DNA of 64,000 bases from Octopus bimaculoides. Taxonomy: Eukaryota. The notes beneath the pieces are model-generated. The model did not search any database. It was not told where the DNA came from and saw only the letters and a program-made list of their open reading frames with translations. The stretch lies in NCBI RefSeq assembly GCF_001194135.2, contig NC_068988.1, forward strand, positions 27,789,782-27,853,781, read 5' to 3'. A program made the position numbers and the translations under genes. Every line of letters starts with the position of its first letter. The first letter of the stretch is position 1. Shown here in pieces: positions 26,826-37,746 of this stretch.

Positions 26826-27540
26826 AATATTTTTGTTTAGTTTTGGCATGTGTCTCTGTCACTTGGTGGTAAAAACTTCAAATTGCCTAAAGGTGTAAAA
26901 TGTTGACTTTCGATATGTTGAGTGTACTTGAATGACTTTTGAAAGGGTTATCAGCTGTTTTATTGCACTTTGATAAACCTACTTAACCCATGAAACAATA
27001 GCGGAGGCATAAGCAGTTTTGGGGAATAGCTATTGAGTTTTCACTTCATATTAAACTATGCTTTCTGCACTGGTGTTAACTATTTCGGACAATTCACTTC
27101 GTCTTCCCGTTTTATTATTTTAGAGGTGGTATCATAGCCAATGACAGTTACCCGAGGTGTGGTTACTGCTGTTGAAAATAAGTCGTTAGATCTGAGATTG
27201 TGTTGAAGCTAAAACAATTAGTGTGGAAGACACTTTAAGCCATTCAAAAGCACACGCAAAAACCAATAACTACACTTAAACATTTATTTATTTGGTGTCA
27301 ACATGTTCGTCTCCCCAATTCCAATGGAACCATGTCCAGTGACTAAGGTCACTGTTGGTGCGACGAAAATGTTGGCACCAAAGTGAACAATTTTTATGTG
27401 CTTTTGAAAATGGCCAATGTGTCTTCCACGCTATATTTATTCATAGTTTTAATTTGTGTAAAATATTTTTTAGTTTAATTTCTCTTCCTCATCAAGTACC
27501 CTGTGCACGTACATGTCTATGTACCATGCATATGTATATG

Positions 27541-27638
27541 TGGACTCGCGGTTTTGATTCCCAGATCGGGCGTTGTCATTGTTTATTGAGCGAAAACGCC
27601 TAAAGCTCCACAAGGCTCTGGCAGGGGATGGTGGCGAA
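27541..27638 (+). mobile_element. Truncated SINE family B head
   Basis: gactcgcggttttgattcccagatcgggcgttg...ggggatggtggcgaa matches the family B 5' part. Confidence 0.8.
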
Positions 27639-28261
27639 TTACATAGTGATGTTGGACACTTGTCCAAAGTCTGCTAATAACCAAATGTTCAGACTCAGTT
27701 GTGGAATTGGTTAAATATCTGCTCTCCCAATCTATGGAATTAGTGGAGGTTATAAGAACAAAATAATCTGAAGAATTCTCTGGAAAACCATATTTGGTAG
27801 ATTTACAGATAATTTCAAAAAATCTTTAGCCTGACGGTACTATTTGGAGCAAATTATTTATTACAGATATAAAGTAATAAAAGTGCACGAAGACTAAACA
27901 CTAAATCCTTTCATATTAACTAAGCAAAATTATTGTCAGTTATTGGAATATTTCAACAGAGATAATATATTTCTGTTGTTTCAATTAATTTTTAAAATAA
28001 TGAAGAATTTAGTAAAATAGCTTTGTTATTATTAATTTGGTGTTTGGAACATAAATTAACATAATTTTGATGGAAAGTGTTAATTTAGTTCATTTTAACC
28101 TCTTAACATACACTTTTTTTTTTTTCTTTTTTTTCATTATCCATGCAAAAAAAATATTTTTTCATTATTTATTTTGAATCTGCATATAAGGAAGAATAAG
28201 TACAGAAATTATTTTGAGTCAGTTATGATTTATGATGAAGTTACTGATAAAAGTGATCGTT

Positions 28262-28501
28262 AATGATGATGACTAGATTGAAGCAAGTAGAATAAACTAT
28301 CTTGTCTGCTAGGTAGAACTGAATCCTTGTAGACGGTTTCAGTTTTCCAGCACCTCAACAATGTACCCACTTAAAAAGTCTGTTTTAAACTTTTGAAGTG
28401 GTTTCCAAACATGAATCAGAAAGGAGGATAGTTACCATGCTTATTACTTGAAGTTGTCTTAGCAGGTCATCAAAATGGGATTGATAAAGATAAATAGGTC
28501 A
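28262..28501 (+). repeat. Exact 240-bp direct duplication, copy 1 (copy 2 at 30313-30552)
   Basis: Read base for base as identical from aatgatgatgactagattg to gataaataggtca; offset 2051 bp. Confidence 0.95.
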
Positions 28502-31500
28502 TAAATGGGAATAATATCATGAATGAAGTATTTCGGGTTAGAAATAAGTGACAGATACCTCAGAGTACAGTGAACATTTATTTTTGTTCAAATAAATATT
28601 TACTAGACATCTCTGAATGAAAATATACAGGATAATATGTTATGAGGTTAAGAAGGAAATTTGTGTCATAGGACTGAGGGGCAGGCTGGAATCAAGAGTT
28701 TATATCAGACACACTATTTTTCAGAGTTCATAAATTGTTTTGTCATTTCTAATGATAAAGCTAGTATTTTGTAGTGTGTCTGAAGTTTCATATTTGTTTA
28801 TCAATATTTAGTAAAAATGTTTAGAACAAATCTATTATCCTGTTCACATAAGCCGACCTGGCAAGAAATACATATATTTGATGTGTTATATCTAGGAAGG
28901 ACATATAACTGTGACAAACTCTTTAATATTTCACACTGGAATCTGAATTTGTAAAAGCATTTCACAACTTAGGATAATATAGGAACCAAAAAATAGGTAG
29001 AAAACCATCATTAAAAATGTAATTCCATTCACTTGAATCATTGCCAAAAGTAATTTTCATATTCCTTCTGGAAGAAATCAAAACTATCTAATAATTTTTC
29101 ATTTGCTTTTTCCTCAAATTGTCTATTGATATTATTGAACGATGAGAATGCATCTGGCTTCTTTCACTACAGACTGCTTCGTCGTGTACTTTCCTGAAGG
29201 CTGTTCAACTGGCATTCTTCATAACATTGCTGTTCTGACATCACTATCTTCTCAACTGCTAGATTTTGAACATTACATTTTTTGTACAATAAATTCTATC
29301 ATTGTTGGTTCATATGTTAAGGTATGTAATTACATAACATTTATATGAAAATAGCTTCTTAGGTCTGCTATAAGAAGTTTGGGACCATTGCTCCAAAGAC
29401 ACTTAGCAAAATTACAGTATTTCTTCATATTTCATCATTGTCAGTTAATGTCCAGTTTGGCATATTTGCATGGGTCAGATGGAATTTGTTGAGGCAGATT
29501 TTCTACAACCATAAGCCCTTCCTGTTGCCAACTCTCACCTGTTTTCAAGCAAAGTAATATTCCACTTGGCAGACATGTTCTCTTAGGATATTGAAAATTA
29601 ATGACACTGCTTGTATGACAGACACTCTTGTACAGCTGTCACATGATGTCAAAACAAGGACACACAAACATACACACCCAAGCACACATACATATATGAC
29701 AGGCCTCCTTCAGTTTCCATCTACTGAATTCATTCATGATGCTTTGGTTGACTTAGATCTATAGTAGTAGCAGAAACATTTCCCAAGGTGCCATGCAATG
29801 GAGATTGAACTCAGAACCATGTAGTTGGGAAGCATAATTAGTAGTTTTCTCCTAATTGGCACTGTCCTATTCTCCATTTAGTTCTGCTTTCTCCAAGTCA
29901 TAAATGACCTATTCATCAGTATTGTTTATACACTTTAATTTCATTGACCATACAATATCTGTTTGATACATCATGGTACAGTCAGATAGGTTATATAAAA
30001 TACATACATGGTTATATTAATTTCTGTTCTATATTTCAGTAGTACATCTGTTTTAGTTATTGGACTATGCTCCATGCTGCATCACTATCTTCAAAGGTTT
30101 TTAGTCAATTATATCGACCCTAGTATTCATTTTATCAATATCTCTTCTGCTTGTAACCCATTGCTTGTCTGCAATGAAGAAGAACAAGGAATTGTTACTC
30201 TGGAGGAAGAGTTGCTCTACCAGCACGTACAATTTGAATGACTGATGGCAGTTAGCAAAGAAGTTAAGCCAAATTTTGTATTGACTCATGTCACAATGGA
30301 GAATGGACATTAAATGATGATGACTAGATTGAAGCAAGTAGAATAAACTATCTTGTCTGCTAGGTAGAACTGAATCCTTGTAGACGGTTTCAGTTTTCCA
30401 GCACCTCAACAATGTACCCACTTAAAAAGTCTGTTTTAAACTTTTGAAGTGGTTTCCAAACATGAATCAGAAAGGAGGATAGTTACCATGCTTATTACTT
30501 GAAGTTGTCTTAGCAGGTCATCAAAATGGGATTGATAAAGATAAATAGGTCAATCCTTCAGTTTTACCTCCAGGTAGGAATTGTTAGTAGATTTTTATGG
30601 ACTTCTTAGTTATCAGTTGTGAGGTGCCCTAATCCTGCTTAAAACCTTAAGACTTATTTGTATTTTTCATTTTTACAAGATATATCCTGATTGAGGCTTA
30701 ATTAACTAATCCTTTCTCTTGGTTCATAATTTCTATAAACATCATCATCATCATCACCACAAACCAATGAGTCACTCAAATGAAATATGAAATAATAGCA
30801 TGAAATAGCAAATATTTCGGGTGCATGGCATCTCAAATAACGAAAAAGTAGTCATCAAATCTCCTTCAAATCTCACCCCTACAGTTAAAAAAAAAGGGCA
30901 CTGGCATGGCTGTGTGGTAAGAAGCTTGCTTCCCAATCACATGGTTCCAGGTTCAGCTGACTACGTGACACCTTGAGCAAGTGTCTTCTGCTATAGCCTT
31001 GGGCCAACCAAAGCCTTGTGAGTGGATTTGGTAGATGGAAACTGAAAGAAGTCTGTTGTATATGTATATTTGTGTGTCTTTATGTCTGCGTTTGTACCCT
31101 CACCACCACTTGATAACCTGTGTTGGTGTGTTTATGTCTCTAACCTAGCAGTTCAACAACAGTGATAGATAGAATAAGTCCCCAAGCTTATAAAGAAGAA
31201 ATAAGTACTGGCGTCAATACATTTGACGAAAGACCAAAAATTCTTCAAAATGGTGTTCCAGCATGGCCGCAGTCTAATGACTGAAACAAGTACAAGATAA
31301 AAAGTAAACGACTGAAAATAGTGTAACTGGAACAAACAAGATGGTCATGACTGGAAAAGACTTTTTTTCCTTGGTTTACCTGATCAGGTATGATCTGGAG
31401 CTAAACAACTTCATCATCATCATGGAGGGGACAGCAAATACAAACACAGACACATGCATATATATATATAACAAGCTTCCACACAGTTTCCATCTACCAA

Positions 31501-31928
31501 ATGTATTTAAAACATTGGTTGGCCCAGGGCTGTAGCAGAGGACACTTGTCCAAGGTGTTACACAGTGAGACTTACCCACAAACCACACGGCTATGCTTTG
31601 ATCTACATGCATGAATTTTATCCAGCTTATTTAATTTATAGTATTAAATAAAAACATGAATATCACAGTTTTCCTTCTTCCCACTCTTAAAAAACTTCAG
31701 GTTTCAGGCATAAAAGAGAACCAGTTATTCCGAATCTCCTAAACATCTCATGACAATAAATCATGTATTTCTTTTATTTACTGCTTTTTGTTTAAAACCA
31801 ACTTATTGAAAGCAACTGCATTTGATGGCATAACAACTGCACCTTGATTGCAGCAGTGCATATTCAGAAAAAAAATATTTCCTGTGCATTAATGTAATAT
31901 TTAAACCAACTTTACATATACAACCTGG

Positions 31929-31962
<34 letters not shown>

Positions 31963-33276
31963 GAGACATTTTTGGTGTGGTGAGGAGTTCATATTGTATA
32001 CCATCAAATATGGTATATGCTATTAAAAAAATTTCTTTTGAGAATTTTTTTTCATATTTTCATTCATATTCCATTTTTATTTGTTTGGAACAAACAAGTT
32101 CTTCAGGTTCATTGATGCTTCAAGGCCTTTCTAGTCCAGTCATCTAGAGGAACTGATTGTTATTGCTATCTTTTAATTAATTTTAGGTGATAATCATAGC
32201 AACCCAGTTGTATTTTTTTCGTTTAGTTCATTATCGTTAAGTTTTCATTGTTATCAGCAGGTTTTATATATTTTTTTGACCATTGATATTTGGTTTTTCT
32301 TTTCTTTTGTCCACAACCAGGAAATAGATTTGCTGTAATGTCTGGTTTTAGTTTTCGCTATTAGGATATATACTATTTGTGTACTGAACTTTGCATTATA
32401 GTTTTACTATAAAAATAGTCTGTGAATTATTCCTCTCATTATTTTTGTACTTCACAGAAGAAAACCTTGCAAACACACACACACACCTCAGCACATTTTG
32501 TTTTTAGTTGCCTTTGTTTCTATTTGTAATGGTTTTTTGTTCCAGCTACAATTTCAGCTTTCCCCATGGTAAACATCCTCATACGTCCATCTCGCCTTCC
32601 ATGTTGGCATAGGTTGGATGGTTTTGCAGGTCAGAGGACTATACTAAGCTCCACTGTCAGTTTTGGCATGGTTTTTTATGGCTAGATGCCCTTCCTAACA
32701 CTAACCACTTTACAGAGTGAACTGGGTGCTTTTCACATGGCACCAACACTGGCAAGGTCTGTTTTGGTATGGTTTTCTTGGCTGGATCCCCTTCCTAACA
32801 CCTAAGTGCTTTTTTATTTGGCACCAAAGGAAATAACTATAATTCTTCAATTAGATATTTCAAAAAAAAAAAAAATCATCATTTAGCATCTATTTTCCAT
32901 GCTGGCATGGGTTAGGTGGTTTGATTGGAACTGACACCAAATTCCAGTCTGGTTTGGCATGGTTTCTATGGTTGGATGCCCTTCTTCATACCAACCACTC
33001 TAAGAGTGTAATGGGTGCTTCTAATATGTCACCAGCATGGGTGCTTTTATGTGCCACCAGCACAGATACCAGTCATGTAGCACTGGCATTGGCCATGACT
33101 ACATGACAGTAAACCAATAGTGTGGTATTTTTAATATTTTATTCATGTTTAAATCCAGCTCTACCTTGATTGAGCAGACCTATGATTGAAGATATCTATC
33201 TTTTGAGAATCTTCTGTTTACTTCTGGCATAGTTTATCTAGGCCTACATTATCTAGTGTATCCTTTCTTCTTTTAA

Positions 33277-33452
33277 CCCTTTAGCCATATCAGGCCCAAA
33301 TATCTTACCTATCTTATGTTTAAATTGACTAGATCTGGCCTCTCATAATCTGATTATTGATATCTTGAAGCTACGAGATAATGCAGGATTAATTTGAAAC
33401 ACTGTCAATAAATAAGCATTACATTTGACAGAGTAATCTGAATGTTAAAGGG
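33277..33452. mobile_element. piggyBac-like MITE
   Basis: ttaa|ccctttagc ... gttaaaggg|taaa: CCC/GGG termini, short TIR and a TTAA-like target (the right copy has one mismatch). Confidence 0.7.
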
Positions 33453-33601
33453 TAAAAACAGTAGTGTGATCTGAGGGAAGTTTAGCTGTTATTTCTGTAA
33501 TTGCAAGCAAATCACATAGAAGTTCTCTTCTATCAAGTACGGTCATGTGGACATAAGCATTTACAATGTGCAGGAGTGGCTATATATATATATATATATA
33601 T

Positions 33602-33987
33602 AGAAAAGGATTACATCACTAATTTCAAATGCAAGCCCAGCCTCTTCTATGGCCTCCCTAAAATCCATAAGAACAAATCCATCACTGAAGCTTGCAAACT
33701 CTCCTCTGAAATCTACATCAACATCAAGGCACCAGAAGATTTAAAACTAAGACCCATTATAGCAGGCACCTCCTGTGAAACACATCGCTTAAGCAATTTC
33801 TTGGACATTCTTTTGAAACCTTTCCTAAGTCACATCAAAAGTTTCATTAGAGATGATCTTGACATGCTCAATCACCTCCCGAAAATAACAAACGAGGAGT
33901 CACTCTTGGTTTCTTTTGATGTGGTCAACCTTTATACAAATATCCCTCATGAATATGCTATTGAGGCAATTAAATTCTGGCTGCACA
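33602..33987 (+). CDS. Penelope-like element (PLE) reverse transcriptase, N-terminal/palm part; 5'-truncated at a (TA)n tract and interrupted by an N gap
   Basis: Open frame reads KCKPSLFYGLPKIHK...LRPIIAGTSCETHRLSNFLDILLKPFL..IKSFIRDDLDMLNHL...LLVSFDVVNLYTNIP, matching the PLE RT motifs YGLPKIHK, RPI(I/V)S/A and SFDV.SLYTNIP. Confidence 0.95.
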
Positions 33988-34528
33988 NNNNNNNNNNNNN
34001 NNNNNNNNNNNNNNNNNNNNNNNNNNNNNNNNNNNNNNNNNNNNNNNNNNNNNNNNNNNNNNNNNNNNNNNNNNNNNNNNNNNNNNNNNNNNNNNNNNNN
34101 NNNNNNNNNNNNNNNNNNNNNNNNNNNNNNNNNNNNNNNNNNNNNNNNNNNNNNNNNNNNNNNNNNNNNNNNNNNNNNNNNNNNNNNNNNNNNNNNNNNN
34201 NNNNNNNNNNNNNNNNNNNNNNNNNNNNNNNNNNNNNNNNNNNNNNNNNNNNNNNNNNNNNNNNNNNNNNNNNNNNNNNNNNNNNNNNNNNNNNNNNNNN
34301 NNNNNNNNNNNNNNNNNNNNNNNNNNNNNNNNNNNNNNNNNNNNNNNNNNNNNNNNNNNNNNNNNNNNNNNNNNNNNNNNNNNNNNNNNNNNNNNNNNNN
34401 NNNNNNNNNNNNNNNNNNNNNNNNNNNNNNNNNNNNNNNNNNNNNNNNNNNNNNNNNNNNNNNNNNNNNNNNNNNNNNNNNNNNNNNNNNNNNNNNNNNN
34501 NNNNNNNNNNNNNNNNNNNNNNNNNNNA

Positions 34529-35395
34529 CAATACCTCCTTTTTAGCTCATGCCACCCAAAACACACCAAGATAAATATCCCCTTTAATTTAGCTAAAAGA
34601 ATTTGCACCATTGTCTCTGACCCAACCACTCAAGAAATACGCTTACAAGACCTCAAAAAAACACTATTACAATGCCAATATCCCTCCACACTCATAGATC
34701 TTGGAATAAAATGTGCCAAGGAACTTGACATAAACACAATAAAAACCAACCAACACAATAACACACCCAACCCCAAAATACTTCCATACATCTCCACCCA
34801 CATCCCCAAAAGCATTGAAGCATACACCACAATCAAACAAAACATCCCCTTACTCACCACAGACCCGAAAATGAACAATATCATCAATACACACAAAGTC
34901 CTTAAATGCAAAAGGCAACACAAATCTTTGAAAACACTATTAACCAATGCCAAACTACATACACCACTTCCACCCCCATCAGTTAAAAAATGTGCACACC
35001 CTAATTGTGGTACCTGCCCCTCCCTACTTGAAGGCTCTGAATTTACCTTCAAACGAGGAACAAAGTTTAAAATCAAAACCAATTTCTCTTGTTCCTCTGG
35101 TAACCTCATTTATGTCCTTACATGCGCAAGTTGCCAAAACTTCTATATCGGACAAACGAGCCTCCCGTTGCATAGAAGAGTAGCAGTCCATAAAGAACAA
35201 ATAAATCTCCCTCAATACTACCAAATTCCACTCAATGGCCATATAGACTCTTGCGCCAGAAACAAAAACCATAAATTCCTTATATTCCCTTTCTATCAAT
35301 GTAAAGACAGAATCTCCACACAAGAAAGAATGAACAAGGAGAATCTTTTCATAGAGAAATTCCAACCATTTCTTAACACACATACCCCTCAGTGA
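34529..35395 (+). CDS. PLE RT thumb/linker plus GIY-YIG endonuclease (Neptune-like), open to the stop codon
   Basis: Frame is open from the gap edge: QYLLFSSCHPKHTKINIPFNLAKRICTIVSD..., then a linker Cys motif KKCAHPNCGTC, then CSSGNLIYVLTCASCQNFYIGQT..L.RRVAVH (GIY-YIG) and RMNKENLFIEKFQPFLN. The clade call rests on the linker Cys motif. Confidence 0.93.
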   Translation, partial: QYLLFSSCHPKHTKINIPFNLAKRICTIVSDPTTQEIRLQDLKKTLLQCQYPSTLIDLGIKCAKELDINTIKTNQHNNTPNPKILPYISTHIPKSIEAYTTIKQNIPLLTTDPKMNNIINTHKVLKCKRQHKSLKTLLTNAKLHTPLPPPSVKKCAHPNCGTCPSLLEGSEFTFKRGTKFKIKTNFSCSSGNLIYVLTCASCQNFYIGQTSLPLHRRVAVHKEQINLPQYYQIPLNGHIDSCARNKNHKFLIFPFYQCKDRISTQERMNKENLFIEKFQPFLNTHTPQ

Positions 35396-36786
35396 CTTTA
35401 TTTCTCTAGGAACAGACATAAANNNNNNNNNNGAGAAATTCCAACCATTTCTTAACACACATACCCCTCAGTGACTTTATTTCTCTAGGAACAGACATAA
35501 ACTTCCTGTTGAAAAAGAGTTCATAACTCCAACTAAAAACATTTGTCTCCCCTTACACACACTTCCTTTTTTGACACCACACTTCCTGCTTAACACAAAC
35601 TTTTATCCCTTTTTTTAGACCTAACACAACTCTCAATTCTCGTGCATCCTTATTTTTCCAACCATTATATACATGAACTACCATTGAACATCAAAAGCTC
35701 AAAGACAATATAATGTATTGGTATAGTTATTTTTTTATATATTATTTTCTTCATTTTGTACTTCTTTGTAAAAGACATTTTCATTCTCCTTGAAAATTTG
35801 CTTCGCAATNNNNNNNNNNNNNNNNNNNNNNNNNNNNNNNNNNNNNNNNNNNNNNNNNNNNNNNNNNNNNNNNNNNNNNNNNNNNNNNNNNNNNNNNNNN
35901 NNNNNNNNNNNNNNNNNNNNNNNNNNNNNNNNNNNNNNNNNNNNNNNNNNNNNNNNNNNNNNNNNNNNNNNNNNNNNNNNNNNNNNNNNNNNNNNNNNNN
36001 NNNNNNNNNNNNNNNNNNNNNNNNNNNNNNNNNNNNNNNNNNNNNNNNNNNNNNNNNNNNNNNNNNNNNNNNNNNNNNNNNNNNNNNNNNNNNNNNNNNN
36101 NNNNNNNNNNNNNNNNNNNNNNNNNNNNNNNNNNNNNNNNNNNNNNNNNNNNNNNNNNNNNNNNNNNNNNNNNNNNNNNNNNNNNNNNNNNNNNNNNNNN
36201 NNNNNNNNNNNNNNNNNNNNNNNNNNNNNNNNNNNNNNNNNNNNNNNNNNNNNNNNNNNNNNNNNNNNNNNNNNNNNNNNNNNNNNNNNNNNNNNNNNNN
36301 NNNNNNNNNNNNNNNNNNNNNNNNNNNNNNNNNNNNNNNNNNNNNNNNNNNNNNNNNNNNNNNNNNNNNNNNNNNNNNNNNNNNNNNNNNNNNNNNNNNN
36401 NNNNNNNNNNNNNNNNNNNNNNNNNNNNNNNNNNNNNNNNNNNNNNNNNNNNNNNNNNNNNNNNNNNNNNNNNNNNNNNNNNNNNNNNNNNNNNNNNNNN
36501 NNNNNNNNNNNNNNNNNNNNNNNNNNNNNNNNNNNNNNNNNNNNNNNNNNNNNNNNNNNNNNNNNNNNNNNNNNNNNNNNNNNNNNNNNNNNNNNNNNNN
36601 NNNNNNNNNNNNNNNNNNNNNNNNNNNNNNNNNNNNNNNNNNNNNNNNNNNNNNNNNNNNNNNNNNNNNNNNNNNNNNNNNNNNNNNNNNNNNNNNNNNN
36701 NNNNNNNNNNNNNNNNNNNNNNNNNNNNNNNNNNNNNNNNNNNNNNNNNNNNNNNNNNNNNNNNNNNNNNNNNNNNNNNNNNNNNN

Positions 36787-36823
<37 letters not shown>

Positions 36824-36824
36824 A

Positions 36825-36869
<45 letters not shown>

Positions 36870-37335
36870 TTTAAGATTGTTTTCTGGCAATGATGTGGCA
36901 CAGTGTAACTACAACAATAGGTTTTTAACTGTCATCTTGAGCCAGCAGCCCAGCTTTTTAACCACTTAGTCTACCATATATTATAGATTGATTTATATCT
37001 CTGTAAGTCAATGAATTACTTCATGTGGAAGATTTGGTTCATGTAAACAGATTCAACAATGTATTATTCAATATTTAATTTTTTTATCCTTTTTTTTTTC
37101 CTTCCCCTATATACAAAATATTTTATCAAATTATGTATCTAATTCATTGATTATTCCTATCGTTCTGTGATCACTTGGGTTTCAGCTAAGATAAGTATGG
37201 ACCAATGCAAGGGTAGGGCTTATGTTAAATAACTACAGAATGACTCACACCAAATACTGTTTTGCTATCTTACAATTTCTAGATATTTATTAGAGAGATA
37301 ATCACCCGCTTCTGCCTTTGATATGTGTGCGCGCA

Positions 37336-37375
<40 letters not shown>

Positions 37376-37636
37376 CTTTCTCTGTCTGTCTGTCTGTCTC
37401 TCTCTCTTAAGTGATATAACTATAGAGCCATTATTTTATATTAATCAGCATGACTCAAACTGATTATTTGATAACATTATAAAGTTCATAAATGAAAAGT
37501 ATTAATCTTACTTTGACGGCCCAGAATTATCACCACCACCATTCAAATTTTCACTGCCATTTTTCTATGCATGCATGAGTTAGGTGGGTCTTGTCTGACA
37601 TGGTGTTTTGCTCCTAGTTTTGATTCTTTGTCGTTT

Positions 37637-37746
37637 CTTTTGAGATCAGTCTTATGAGATGAGTCCCTTATGAGATGAGTCCTTTATGAGACGAGTCCTT
37701 TATGAGACGAGTCCCTTATGAGATGAGCCCCTTATGAGATCAGTCT
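37637..37746. repeat. 16-bp minisatellite (cttatgagatgagtcc), about 7 copies
   Basis: Units start at 37651, 37667, 37683, 37699, 37715 and 37731, with a partial unit at 37637. Confidence 0.95.

Larger units (their letters stand above)
33602..35809 (+). mobile_element. Penelope-like retrotransposon copy (RT+EN and 3' untranslated region); the 3' end is lost in gap 35810-36786
   Basis: The two coding blocks above plus about 400 bp of 3' sequence; (TA)n lies immediately 5' and directly after the 3' gap. Confidence 0.9.

Noticed and set aside
22495-26975. Seed-like matches to miR-71 (tgaaagac, ~22498) and miR-92 (tattgcactt, ~24857 and ~26961)
   Set aside because: Only the first 8-10 nt match; the rest of the mature sequence and the precursor hairpin are absent.
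29030-29300. Protein-like minus-strand frame (…KANEKLLDSFDFFQKEYENYFWQ)
   Set aside because: It is interrupted by tandem stops and has no recognisable family motif; possibly old TE debris.
35354-35501. Exact 69-bp tandem duplication at the PLE 3' end resembling a pseudo-LTR repeat
   Set aside because: The copies are separated by a 10-N spacer, typical of unmerged overlapping contig ends; most likely an assembly artefact.
37637-37746. Regular repeat array considered as CRISPR
   Set aside because: The units are head-to-tail with no unique spacers, there are no cas genes, and the context is eukaryotic.
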